NCBI GenBank assembly: GCA_045602215.1 | Contig: JAZSBE010000046.1 | Coordinates: forward strand, 1-50,961 | Direction of reading: 5' to 3' | Source: Eubacteriales bacterium | GTDB lineage: Bacteria > Bacillota > Clostridia > Oscillospirales > CAG-272 | DNA: 50,961 nucleotides | Shown: positions 1-8,850 of the stretch, piece after piece | Numbering within the stretch: position 1 is the stretch's first letter | Layout of the letters: each line of letters begins with the position of its first letter | Notes under the pieces: model-generated | The model's database searches: none | What the model saw: only the letters and a program-made list of their open reading frames with translations | What the model was told of the DNA's origin: nothing | Translations under genes and position numbers: made by a program

Positions 1-826
1 TAATGATCGCACCGATCATACGGGTAGAAACGCCCCAAGAGGTCTGATGCGGATGGCGGACTGTGTTATCTCTGCCCGTGAAGGTGATGTCAAACGCCTT
101 TGCAAAGCCGTCTCCGAAGTAATGCGAGGTGCCTCCCTGAAGCGCGACGCCGTTGTGCATCATCGGCTCGATCGTATAGGTCGCCTCTGCACCCGCGAAC
201 TTTTCCTTTTCGGTCTTCTGACCCGTGATCGCGGGGATCGCAAGCGCGTTCAGATAGAACTCCTCATAAACGCGGAGCATCTGCAGAGTCTCCTCCTCTG
301 CCTCCTCCTCGGTCTCGTGCATGGTGTGACCCTCCTGCCACAAGAACTCGGAGGTTCTCAGGAAGGGACGGGTGGTCTTTTCCCATCTGACGACGTTGCA
401 CCACTGGTTGTAGAGCTTGGGAAGGTCGCGGTAGGACTGGATCACCGTCTTGAAATGCTCGCAGAAGAGCGTCTCGGAGGTGGGACGGATGGCAAGACGC
501 TCGGTGAGCTTGTTCTCGCCGCCAAAGGTTACCCACGCGCACTCGGGCGCAAACCCCTGTACGTGATCCTTTTCCTTCTGGAGAAGGCTCTCGGGGATAA
601 ACATGGGCATATAGATATTCTCGTGACCGAGCGCCTTGAAGCGCGCGTCAAGATCCTTTTGAATGTTCTCCCAGATCGCATAGCCGTAGGGACGGATGAT
701 CATGCATCCCTTGACGCCGGAGTAGTCGACCAGCTCTGCTTTTTTTACAACGTCGGTGAACCATTGCGCGAAGTCCACGTCCATCGACGTGATCTGCTCC
801 ACCATTTTTGCATTGTTCTTTGCCAT
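1..826 (-). CDS. proS: Proline--tRNA ligase (archaeal/eukaryotic type), 3' end outside window
   Basis: Manual translation from ATG at 826: [57 protein letters not shown]..., later [21 protein letters not shown]-type motif 2 region; AAAGGA RBS. Missing from the ORF track because it runs off the window edge. Confidence 0.93.
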   Translation of the reverse strand, partial: MAKNNAKMVEQITSMDVDFAQWFTDVVKKAELVDYSGVKGCMIIRPYGYAIWENIQKDLDARFKALGHENIYMPMFIPESLLQKEKDHVQGFAPECAWVTFGGENKLTERLAIRPTSETLFCEHFKTVIQSYRDLPKLYNQWCNVVRWEKTTRPFLRTSEFLWQEGHTMHETEEEAEEETLQMLRVYEEFYLNALAIPAITGQKTEKEKFAGAEATYTIEPMMHNGVALQGGTSHYFGDGFAKAFDITFTGRDNTVRHPHQTSWGVSTRMIGAII

Positions 827-927
827 GATTGTTTTGTGTGATCCTTTCTCTTTGGCTTGATGCGGTTCGGCAATTTTTGTAAGACGCCGATCCGACCGCA
901 TAAAACCGCGATGATACATTATACTTA

Positions 928-956
928 ATTATATCGTGCGACGGTGAAAATGTCAA
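928..956 (-). promoter_or_regulatory. sigmaA promoter of proS
   Basis: Minus strand TTGACA (956-951), 17 bp, TATAAT (933-928). Confidence 0.75.
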
Positions 957-1013
957 GTCCTTTTTGGGAGATGCGCGCGAATTTTGCTTTTTGGAAGGGA
1001 AGTGCGAAAATCG

Positions 1014-1745
1014 TTGAAGATTACGGTTGGAGGGGTCATGTTTGACAATCTGACGACGGCAGAGGCGGTGAGAGAGGCGATGCGTGGAGGAGAGGTCTGT
1101 CGGGTCTACACCCCTAACGCCCTGATGCTCCGCGCCTGCGCCGAAAACCCCGCCTACGTCGAGCTGCTCAACTCGGCGTCCATGGTGCTCCCCGACGGCT
1201 CGGGGGTGCTACTGGCGGCAAAGCGGCAGGGAACGCCCTTGCGTGAGCGCGTGGCGGGGATCTCCTTTGGGGAGGCACTTCTCTCGGAGGCGGCAAGGCG
1301 GGGAGATCGCGTCTTTCTGTTGGGCGGGCGGGACGGTGTTGCGCCCCGCGCGGCGGAGAGATTGCAAAAAAGATACTCGGGTCTTGTCATTTGCGGCACC
1401 TACTGGGGGTATTTTGAGAAGGACGGGGAGGAGAACCGACGGGTTCTCGGCATGATCAGAGCCTGCCGTCCCGAGATCCTGTTGGTGTGCTTTGGCTTTC
1501 CCATACAGGAGATCTGGATCCGCGAAAATCTCCCACGGTTGCCCTCGGTGCGCGTGGCGGCAGGGCTTGGAGGCTCGCTTGACGTCTGGGCGGGAGACGT
1601 GCGCCGCGCGCCCGTTTTCGTGCAGAGACGGGGACTCGAATGGGCGTGGCGCATGGCGGCAGAGCCGAAGCGACTGACGCAGCTCCCCGAGATCCTTCGC
1701 TTTGCGCAGGACACGCGAACGAAAAAAGCAGACCGCGTCAAGTGA
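1014..1745 (+). CDS. WecB/TagA/CpsF family glycosyltransferase (GT26)
   Basis: TPN, PDGSGV, RVAGI, FLLGG, GFPIQE, GLGGSLDVWAG..RRAP...GLEWAWR motifs; TTG start chosen at 1014 (ORF track starts at 984). Confidence 0.9.
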   Translation: MKITVGGVMFDNLTTAEAVREAMRGGEVCRVYTPNALMLRACAENPAYVELLNSASMVLPDGSGVLLAAKRQGTPLRERVAGISFGEALLSEAARRGDRVFLLGGRDGVAPRAAERLQKRYSGLVICGTYWGYFEKDGEENRRVLGMIRACRPEILLVCFGFPIQEIWIRENLPRLPSVRVAAGLGGSLDVWAGDVRRAPVFVQRRGLEWAWRMAAEPKRLTQLPEILRFAQDTRTKKADRVK

Positions 1746-1789
1746 CGCGGTCTGCTAAAAGACAACAACTTGTAAAACAGCAAGAGTTT

Positions 1790-1977
1790 TTAGCCGCTTT
1801 TTCTTTGCAAGAAGGAGGCGCAAAGAAAATAGCTTGAGGCTCGCAAGCTCGCCGCAAATCGCTGCGCGAGTTTGCCAAAAAGAAACGCCGTTTGAGGAAA
1901 TTTCGCGCTCTGCGGAGCGCGACAAGGGCTCCGCGCCCTTGACCTCGCAAGCTTTTGAAAAAGTTTGATCAAAACTT
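1790..1977. repeat. Dispersed structured intergenic repeat, copy 1 (with ~40-bp loop insertion)
   Basis: TTAGCCGCTTTTTCTTTG...CAAAGAAAA...CAAAAAGAAACGCCG...TTTCGCGCTCTGCGGAGCGCGA...TTTTGAAAAAGTTTGATCAAAACTT; homologous to 5966-6115 and 42376-42526. Confidence 0.85.
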
Positions 1978-1984
1978 CCCTAAA

Positions 1985-3415
1985 TTACTCCCCGATAAAC
2001 TTCTTCACGCACGCGATGAGGTGCCGAGCAGATTCCTCGGAGGAATCCTCTGCGAAGATGCGCAGGAGGGGCTCGGTGCCCGAGAAGCGGCAGATGACGA
2101 AGGCACCGTCGGTGAAGTAGATCTTGCAGCCGTCCTCGTAATTGACCTTTGCGATCTCCTTGCCGGGGAAGGTGGGGAGCTTCTTTTCGGTCATGAGCAG
2201 GCGGTCCACGCTTTCCTTTGCCTCGGGAGTGAAGCGGAAGTTGTCCTCTGCCATGACGTAAACGCCGTAACGCGCCTCAAGCTCCTGCCAGATCTCGTGA
2301 GGTGCTTTGCCGAGCGCGCAGACCATCTCTACAAAGAGGGATGCGGCGTAGATGGAATCCTTGCCGAAGATGTGACCGCGCACGGTCAAACCTCCCGAGG
2401 ATTCGCCGCCCAGTACCGCGTCCATCTCGTCAAGCTTAGAGGAGATGTACTTGAATCCGACGGGTACCTCGTAGCAGGTCTCGCCAAAGGATTCTGCCAC
2501 GGCGTCCAGCATATGGGTGGTCGCCAGATTTCTGACCACGGGGCCCTTCCATCCGCGGTATTCGTGGAGGTAGTAGTAGAGCATGACAAGGATCTGGTTT
2601 GCGGAGATGTACTCTCCGTTGCTGTCGATGATACCAAGTCTGTCACCGTCGCCGTCAACCGCGATTCCGAGATCGTACTTTTCCTGAACCACGCGACCGG
2701 TAAGCTGGGTGAGCTGACGGGAGCCGGGAGCGGGCATTCTGCCTCCGAAGTAGGCGTCCTTGTTGGAGTACATCAGGTCTACGGTGCAACGCGCGGTGTA
2801 GAGCACGGTCATAAGGGGATAGGTTCCCGAGCCGTGCATGGGGTCAAAGAGAATGCGGATACCAGACTTTTTGATGGCGTCCAGATCGAGCTGAGAAAGA
2901 ATGGAATCCAAAAAATCGTTGAAGGGCGTTTTGAGCATGCGAACGAGTCCGGACTTCTCCGCCTCGCTCCAAGGCATACTTCTTACCTCTGCGCGGTCGA
3001 TCAGCTCCTCCAGACGGTTGGTGCATTCCACCGAGGAATCGCGTCCCTCCTCCACGATGAGCTTGATGCCGTTGTATTCCGAGGGGTTGTGGCTGGCGGT
3101 GATCTCAACGCCGTAATAGAGCTTTTCATGCTTGACGGTGAACATGACCAAAGGGGTAGGAGCGGAACGGTTCATAAACCAGACCGAGACTCCGTTGGCG
3201 CACAGCACCTCGCCAACCCATCTTGCCGCGTCCGAGGACAGAAAACGGCGGTCGTATCCGATCATCACGGGACGGTCGGTCTTGCCTTCCTCACGCATCA
3301 GATCATAGATGCCTTGCGCAACTCTCTGCACGTTTTCCTTGGTGAAATCCTCTCCGATCACGGCTCTCCAGCCGCCTGTTCCGAATTTGATTCTCTCTTT
3401 TGAAACGGTTTGCAT
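1985..3415 (-). CDS. Phosphoglucomutase/phosphomannomutase family protein
   Basis: FGTGGWR, TASHNP (catalytic Ser), DGDGDR (metal loop), GGESSGG, RFSGTEP; start at MQTVSK after AAAGGGG RBS. Confidence 0.93.
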   Translation of the reverse strand: MQTVSKERIKFGTGGWRAVIGEDFTKENVQRVAQGIYDLMREEGKTDRPVMIGYDRRFLSSDAARWVGEVLCANGVSVWFMNRSAPTPLVMFTVKHEKLYYGVEITASHNPSEYNGIKLIVEEGRDSSVECTNRLEELIDRAEVRSMPWSEAEKSGLVRMLKTPFNDFLDSILSQLDLDAIKKSGIRILFDPMHGSGTYPLMTVLYTARCTVDLMYSNKDAYFGGRMPAPGSRQLTQLTGRVVQEKYDLGIAVDGDGDRLGIIDSNGEYISANQILVMLYYYLHEYRGWKGPVVRNLATTHMLDAVAESFGETCYEVPVGFKYISSKLDEMDAVLGGESSGGLTVRGHIFGKDSIYAASLFVEMVCALGKAPHEIWQELEARYGVYVMAEDNFRFTPEAKESVDRLLMTEKKLPTFPGKEIAKVNYEDGCKIYFTDGAFVICRFSGTEPLLRIFAEDSSEESARHLIACVKKFIGE

Positions 3416-3537
3416 TTCGTTTCCCCTTTCCTTTGCTTTGTTGTCTATATTATAAAATATCTGAAAGCAAATGGAAATAGAAAAAAAGACACAAAATCTT
3501 TGAAAAAGGCACAAATTTCGAAAAATAAGGAATTTGC

Positions 3538-3566
3538 TTGACTTTTGAGCGTATTTATGCTATACT
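3538..3566 (+). promoter_or_regulatory. sigmaA promoter (extended -10)
   Basis: TTGACT-17-TATACT with TG at -15/-14. Confidence 0.7.
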
Positions 3567-3622
3567 AATTTCTTGGTGTCTATTGGATTATCCATATAAT
3601 AAGAAAGAAGGTTTTATCGATC

Positions 3623-4927
3623 ATGTCTACCACGGCATCCACGTTGCTCAGTCTCTCTATCGCCCTGCTTTCGGGCCTTCTGCTCTCCAGACTGGCAAAA
3701 AAGATTCAGCTTCCCGCCGTGACCGCCTACCTCGTTGCAGGCGTTCTCATCGGCCCCTTCCTTTTGGGAACGCTTGGGGTTCCCGGGATCGGAATTTCCC
3801 ACGCGCAGGTCGAGAGCTTTGGTATTATTGCCGACGTCGCGCTTGGATTCATCGCCTTTTCCATGGGAAATGAGTTTCGCTTGGCGCAGCTCAAGGAGAT
3901 CGGCCGTCAGGCGACGGTGATCGGTATCTTCCAAGCGATCTTTACCACTCTGATCGTGGACGTGGGACTGGTCGGTTTACATCTTCTTATGCCCGACAAG
4001 CTCTCTCTGTCTGCGGCGATCGTGTTGGGTGCCGTTGCAACGGCGACCGCTCCTGCGGCAACGCTGATGGTCGTCCGTCAGTATAAGGCGAAGGGCCCTC
4101 TGACCGACATTCTGCTCCCCGTGGTCGCCTTGGACGACGCGGTGGGTCTTGTGGTCTTTGCCGTATCCTTCGGTGTGGCAAAATCCCTGAGCCTGGACGT
4201 CATCAATCCCCTTGCCATTATTCTCGAGCCCCTTCTCGAGGTGGTGCTCTCCCTGGCGTTGGGACTTGTGATGGGCGGACTGTTCACCCTTTGCGAGAGA
4301 GTCTTCCATTCCCGCTCCAAGCGTATGGCGGTGTCCGTGACCTTCGTGCTTATGACGGTGGCGATCTCCTCGCTCTCCTTCACCGTGGGCGGTATTCACG
4401 TGGCGTTCTCCTCTCTGCTTTCCTGCATGATGCTGGGAACGGTGTTCTGCAACTTCTGCGACGTGTCGGAGGAGCTGATGGACAGAGCAGACCGTTGGAC
4501 GGCACCCATTCTCATTCTCTTCTTCGTTATCAGCGGAGCTGAATTGGAGCTTTCGGTCTTCAATCAGTGGGCGGTGGTTCTGATCGGCATGGCGTATATT
4601 GCGACCCGTTCGATCGGCAAATATTTTGGCGCGCGTATCAGCGCAAAGGCGACCAAGTGCAATCCCAATATCATCAAGTATCTGGGCATCACGCTCCTGC
4701 CTCAGGCGGGCGTGGCGCTCGGTATGGCGATCAAGGCGACCCAGCTTGGCGCGGACGGATCCATCGTGCGAAACATCACCCTGTTTGCCGTTCTGATCTA
4801 CGAGATCGTCGGACCGTTCCTGACCAAGATCGCGCTCACCAAGGCGGGTGACATCAAGGCAGAGGGCAAAACGTCCGCCCGCGAGGAGGCAAAGCTGGCG
4901 ATCGAGGCTGCCAAAAAGCAGGCTTGA
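3623..4927 (+). CDS. Cation:proton antiporter (Na+/H+ exchanger family)
   Basis: About 12 hydrophobic segments; LPAVTAYLVAGVLIGP, ATAPAAT, VALDDAVG, LLPQAGVALG motifs. Confidence 0.88.
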   Translation: MSTTASTLLSLSIALLSGLLLSRLAKKIQLPAVTAYLVAGVLIGPFLLGTLGVPGIGISHAQVESFGIIADVALGFIAFSMGNEFRLAQLKEIGRQATVIGIFQAIFTTLIVDVGLVGLHLLMPDKLSLSAAIVLGAVATATAPAATLMVVRQYKAKGPLTDILLPVVALDDAVGLVVFAVSFGVAKSLSLDVINPLAIILEPLLEVVLSLALGLVMGGLFTLCERVFHSRSKRMAVSVTFVLMTVAISSLSFTVGGIHVAFSSLLSCMMLGTVFCNFCDVSEELMDRADRWTAPILILFFVISGAELELSVFNQWAVVLIGMAYIATRSIGKYFGARISAKATKCNPNIIKYLGITLLPQAGVALGMAIKATQLGADGSIVRNITLFAVLIYEIVGPFLTKIALTKAGDIKAEGKTSAREEAKLAIEAAKKQA

Positions 4928-4934
4928 CATTGCC

Positions 4935-4963
4935 TTGACAAAATCCGCGTTTTGTGCTATGAT
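4935..4963 (+). promoter_or_regulatory. sigmaA promoter (extended -10) of the DUF368 gene
   Basis: TTGACA-17-TATGAT, TG extension. Confidence 0.7.
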
Positions 4964-4998
4964 AGGAGCAGAACGCATAGGACGGAAGGGTACGGTTT

Positions 4999-5850
4999 AT
5001 GAAAAATTTCTTTAAGGGAATCGTGGTCGGTCTTGGAGGCGTGGCACCCGGGCTGAGCGGAAGTGTCTTGCTGGTGATCTTCGGGCTCTATCAGAAGACC
5101 ATTGATGCGATCGGTACGCTGTTCAAGAATTTCAAAAAGAACTTTCTCTTTCTGTTCCCCCTCTTTTTCGGTGTGGGAATCGGCGTGCTTTTGTTTGGAA
5201 CGATTGCGGATTTCTTCATTGAGACCTTCGAGATGCAGACGCGCTATCTCTTTCTCGGACTGGTTGCGGGTACGGTTCCGCTTCTCTACAGACAGGTGAA
5301 GGAAAAGGGCTTTTCGAGAAAATATTATATCCATATGATCCTTGCCGCCGTGCTTGGTTTCTCCTTCTTTGCACTCACCAAGGGACTGTTCCCGCGCGTG
5401 ACCGATCCCAATCTGATCCAGTCATTGATGATGGGCGTGATCTACGGACTTGCCTTCATCGTTCCCGGACTTGACAGCGCGGCGACGCTTTCCTCCTTCG
5501 GACTTTACGAGGCGTGGCTGGCGGCACTGGCAGACCTCAATTTCGGGGTGCTGATTCCGGCGGCGGTCGGACTTGCCACGGGGGCTCTTGTGATCTCCTT
5601 CTTTATGAGCAAGCTGCTCAAGCGGTTCTACACCGCGACCTTCTCGGTGATCTTTGGATTGTTTCTCACCATTATGCCGAGAATGCTCAACGAGAGCTGT
5701 GTTCCCGCTCTGAACGGGAAAACGGTGCTTTCCTTTGCACTGGCGGTGCTCGGATTTGCAGTCTCCTTCTATTTCGGAGATATCCAAAAGCATAACGCGT
5801 GGATTCGGGCGAAGCTTGGGAAGAAGGAAACAGAAGGAACAACGAAATAA
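4999..5850 (+). CDS. DUF368 family membrane protein (putative undecaprenyl-phosphate translocase)
   Basis: KGIVVGLGGVAPGLSGS...FGLY repeated internally as IVPGLDSA...FGLYE; FLGLVAGTVP. Confidence 0.85.
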   Translation: MKNFFKGIVVGLGGVAPGLSGSVLLVIFGLYQKTIDAIGTLFKNFKKNFLFLFPLFFGVGIGVLLFGTIADFFIETFEMQTRYLFLGLVAGTVPLLYRQVKEKGFSRKYYIHMILAAVLGFSFFALTKGLFPRVTDPNLIQSLMMGVIYGLAFIVPGLDSAATLSSFGLYEAWLAALADLNFGVLIPAAVGLATGALVISFFMSKLLKRFYTATFSVIFGLFLTIMPRMLNESCVPALNGKTVLSFALAVLGFAVSFYFGDIQKHNAWIRAKLGKKETEGTTK

Positions 5851-5858
5851 CTCTGATT

Positions 5859-5907
5859 AAAAAAGTTCCCACAGACCAATCAAACGGTTTGTGGGAACTT
5901 TGTTTTT
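5859..5907. terminator. Intrinsic terminator-like hairpin after the DUF368 gene
   Basis: AAAGTTCCCACAGACC / GGTTTGTGGGAACTTT inverted repeat with flanking A and T tracts. Confidence 0.65.
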
Positions 5908-5965
5908 GGAGATAGAAGAATCGGTTTGCAGACCAAAGGCATACAGACTGTTAAATAGTATAAAA

Positions 5966-6115
5966 TCCTTAGCCGCTTTTCTCTTGACGATGTAGGCGCA
6001 AGAGAAAAGCTCGCAAAAGAGAAGCGCCGTTGGGGTGTTTCGCGCTCTGCGGAGCGCGAGGAGGGCGTTGCCCCTCCACCCTACAAACTTTTGAAAAAGT
6101 TTGATCAAAACTTTT
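5966..6115. repeat. Dispersed structured intergenic repeat, copy 2
   Basis: Near-identical to 42376-42526 with compensatory changes in the stems. Confidence 0.9.
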
Positions 6116-6152
6116 GTCGAACTAACGAAAGCCGTAAAGGTGTCTACAAGGT

Positions 6153-6192
6153 AAAGCAACCTCGATCCGATCGGATTGAGGTTGCTTCTTTT
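6153..6192. terminator. Hairpin downstream of the radical SAM gene
   Basis: AAGCAACCTCGATCCG / CGGATTGAGGTTGCTT. Confidence 0.55.
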
Positions 6193-6197
6193 ATGCT

Positions 6198-8831
6198 TTA
6201 CCGAAACTCCTTGACGCCGTCCGCCGCATAGACGTGCGTGCGGAGGATGGAGTATTCCTCCTTGGCGGGGTCGCCCGAGAGGATGGAGCATTCCCGCTTT
6301 GCCGCGGTGATGAGCATTTCGGGGTTGAGGTATTCACTTCCCGATGCCGAGAGGATCGCGCTGATGTGGATCTGACCCGCGCGGTCGGGATTGTAGGTTA
6401 CGCGGATCGACTTGATCAGGGGGATCAGGTCGATCTCCTTTTCTCCCGATTTGGTCTTCTTGGTCATGGTCAGGGGCGAGGTCTCGTAAAGCTTTTGCAG
6501 CTTTTTCGCCGTCTCCTCGTCCGCACCCTCGAACTTAAGGTTCATCTCGTATTTCGCCCAGCCGATGTCGGCAAACTTGGTCGTGGGCTCGTAGACCTCC
6601 TCCACGCGCATCTCCTCGGTCAGCTCCGCGTTGAGTCTGTCGCGCAGCTCGGCGGGGGAAATGTCGCGGTCAAGGCGAAGGTCGATCATCTCGCACTCGC
6701 TCTCGGTTCCCACAGACAAGGGGAGTCCGAAGATCACCTTGGCGTGGGGATTGAAGCCCTGTGTGTACCACATGGGGATATCGGCTCTCATCAGCACGCG
6801 CGCAAAGGTGCGCTGAAGGTCGAGGTGAGAGATGTATTGCAGACTGCCCACCTTGCGGAACTTGATCCGCAGGGTCTTGGGAGTGTCGAGCTTCTTCCAT
6901 TGGTTCATGGTCTCCGATCGGTTCGGAATCTCGGGGATGGTGAGCGCGGAGGGCGTTTCCGCCTCGGCGTTTGCCACGTGGGGACAAACCGCGCGCACGC
7001 CGCCCAGCTTGTTTGCGCCGCATCCGCTACACTGCTCGCGGCAGTTGGGAGTGGTTGCAGCCGCATACGCCTTGGCTCTCTCGCGCAGGAAGAATTCCTT
7101 GCTCACGCCGCAGTCGATGATGTCCCAAGGAAGGATTTCGTCAAGCCCGAACGCGCGGTTGGCGTAGAAGGCGGGATCGACGCCCGTTCTCTCAAAGATG
7201 CTCATCCAGTTTGCATAGTTGAAGTATTCATCCCAAGAGTCGAAGCGGAATCCCTCGCGGCAGGCAAGCTCCAGCGCGTCAGAAAGACGTCTGTCGCCCC
7301 TTGCCAGCACCGCCTCAATGTGGCTGACCTCGGCATTGTGATGCTGATAGCGCACGTGGCGGTTGGTGATCTTGGTCTTGAGGTATTTCTGCTTTTCCAC
7401 GAGCTGCTCCATGGTGTCCTGCGCCTCCCATTGGAAGGGGGTGAAGGGCTTGGGGATAAAGCAGGAAACGCTTACCGTCACCTGAACCTGACGGGATTTG
7501 TTTCTCTTGGGGTTCTGATAGTAGGAGTCCACCACCGTCTCGGCAAGCTTGGCAATGCCGTCCAGATCCTCGAGCGTTTCGGTGGGAAGTCCCTCCATGA
7601 AGTAAAGCTTGACGGCGTTCTTGCCCGCGTCAAAGGCGACCTTCATAGTGCGGAGCACGTCCTCCTCGCAGACGTTCTTGTTGATGACGTCGCGCAGTCT
7701 CTGCGTGCCTGCCTCGGGGGCAAAGGTGAGGGAGGAGGAGCGCACCGAGTCGATGCGCTTCATCAGCTCCTGACTGAAGTTATCCACGCGCAGGGAGGGG
7801 AGAGACAGGCTGACCATATTCTCGTCCGTCCAGGACAGGAGCTTGTCGCACAGAGGCTCAAGCTGGGTATAGTCGCTGATGGAGAGGGAGGAGAGGGACA
7901 TCTCCTCGTAGCCCGTGCTGTTGTAGAGGCACTTTGCCTGACTGTTCAGCACCTCGGGGGTCTTCTCGCGCACGGGGCGGTAGATCATACCCGCCTGACA
8001 GAAGCGGCATCCGCGAATGCATCCGCGGTAGACCTCCAGCATAATGCGGTCGTGCACCGTTTCAATGTAGGGCATGACCACCTTGTCAGGGAAATACACC
8101 TGATCGAGATCTCGGATGATCTGCTTTTGAACCTTTTTGGGAATATCGTCATAGACGGGGGTATATGCCTCGATCGTGCCGTCGGATTTGTAGGAAACCT
8201 TGTAAAGAGAGGGAACGTACACGCCCGGAATGGTGCGCGCCGCCTCGTGGAGGAACGCCTCGCGGGTGTATCTGCCCTCGTCCTTCATTTTGATATAGAG
8301 ACGGACGATGTCGGGGAGCATATTCTCTCCCTCGCCGATGTTAAAGAGGTCAAAGAAGTCTGCCACGGGCTCAGGGTTGTAGGCGCAGGGACCTCCTCCG
8401 ATGACGATGGGGTCGGATTCTCCTCTCTCCGATGAGCGGAGCGGGATCTTTGCCAGATCCAGCATATTGAGTACGTTGGTGTAGCTCATCTCGTACTGGA
8501 GGGTGAATCCGAGGAAGTCAAAGCAGCCCAGCGGATCCTTGCTTTCCAGCGCGACCAAGGGGAGATCGTGTCGCTTCATTTCCTCCTGCATATCCACCCA
8601 CGGGTCAAAGGCGCGCTCGCACCAGATGTCGGGATGCTCGTTGAGAGACCCGTAGAGCAGGCGCATACCGAGGTTGGACATCCCGATCTCGTAGGTGTCG
8701 GGGAAGCAGAAGGCAAAGCGTGCCTTGACCTTGGATTTATCTTTGAGCACCTCTCCGTACTCTCCGCCCGCGTATCTGCCGGGCTTGGAGACCGATTTGA
8801 GAATGGTGCTGTTTGGACGGTTGGGATTCAT
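6198..8831 (-). CDS. TIGR03960-type B12-binding radical SAM protein fused to a TIGR03936/DUF2344 radical SAM-linked domain
   Basis: VSKPGRYAGGE, FPDTYEIGMSNLG, RGCIRGCRFCQAG (CxxxCxxC), FAPEAGTQRLR, CxxxCxxCG; C-terminal YISHLDLQR...TQGFNPH...LPLSVG. Start taken at MNPNRP. Confidence 0.88.
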   Translation of the reverse strand: MNPNRPNSTILKSVSKPGRYAGGEYGEVLKDKSKVKARFAFCFPDTYEIGMSNLGMRLLYGSLNEHPDIWCERAFDPWVDMQEEMKRHDLPLVALESKDPLGCFDFLGFTLQYEMSYTNVLNMLDLAKIPLRSSERGESDPIVIGGGPCAYNPEPVADFFDLFNIGEGENMLPDIVRLYIKMKDEGRYTREAFLHEAARTIPGVYVPSLYKVSYKSDGTIEAYTPVYDDIPKKVQKQIIRDLDQVYFPDKVVMPYIETVHDRIMLEVYRGCIRGCRFCQAGMIYRPVREKTPEVLNSQAKCLYNSTGYEEMSLSSLSISDYTQLEPLCDKLLSWTDENMVSLSLPSLRVDNFSQELMKRIDSVRSSSLTFAPEAGTQRLRDVINKNVCEEDVLRTMKVAFDAGKNAVKLYFMEGLPTETLEDLDGIAKLAETVVDSYYQNPKRNKSRQVQVTVSVSCFIPKPFTPFQWEAQDTMEQLVEKQKYLKTKITNRHVRYQHHNAEVSHIEAVLARGDRRLSDALELACREGFRFDSWDEYFNYANWMSIFERTGVDPAFYANRAFGLDEILPWDIIDCGVSKEFFLRERAKAYAAATTPNCREQCSGCGANKLGGVRAVCPHVANAEAETPSALTIPEIPNRSETMNQWKKLDTPKTLRIKFRKVGSLQYISHLDLQRTFARVLMRADIPMWYTQGFNPHAKVIFGLPLSVGTESECEMIDLRLDRDISPAELRDRLNAELTEEMRVEEVYEPTTKFADIGWAKYEMNLKFEGADEETAKKLQKLYETSPLTMTKKTKSGEKEIDLIPLIKSIRVTYNPDRAGQIHISAILSASGSEYLNPEMLITAAKRECSILSGDPAKEEYSILRTHVYAADGVKEFR

Positions 8832-8850
8832 AATATCGGAATGCCTTTCT

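Noticed and set aside
47-841. 264-aa plus-strand ORF
   Set aside because: Antisense shadow of proS.
827-925. T-box riboswitch upstream of proS
   Set aside because: Leader is only ~95 nt, with no T-box consensus or terminator.
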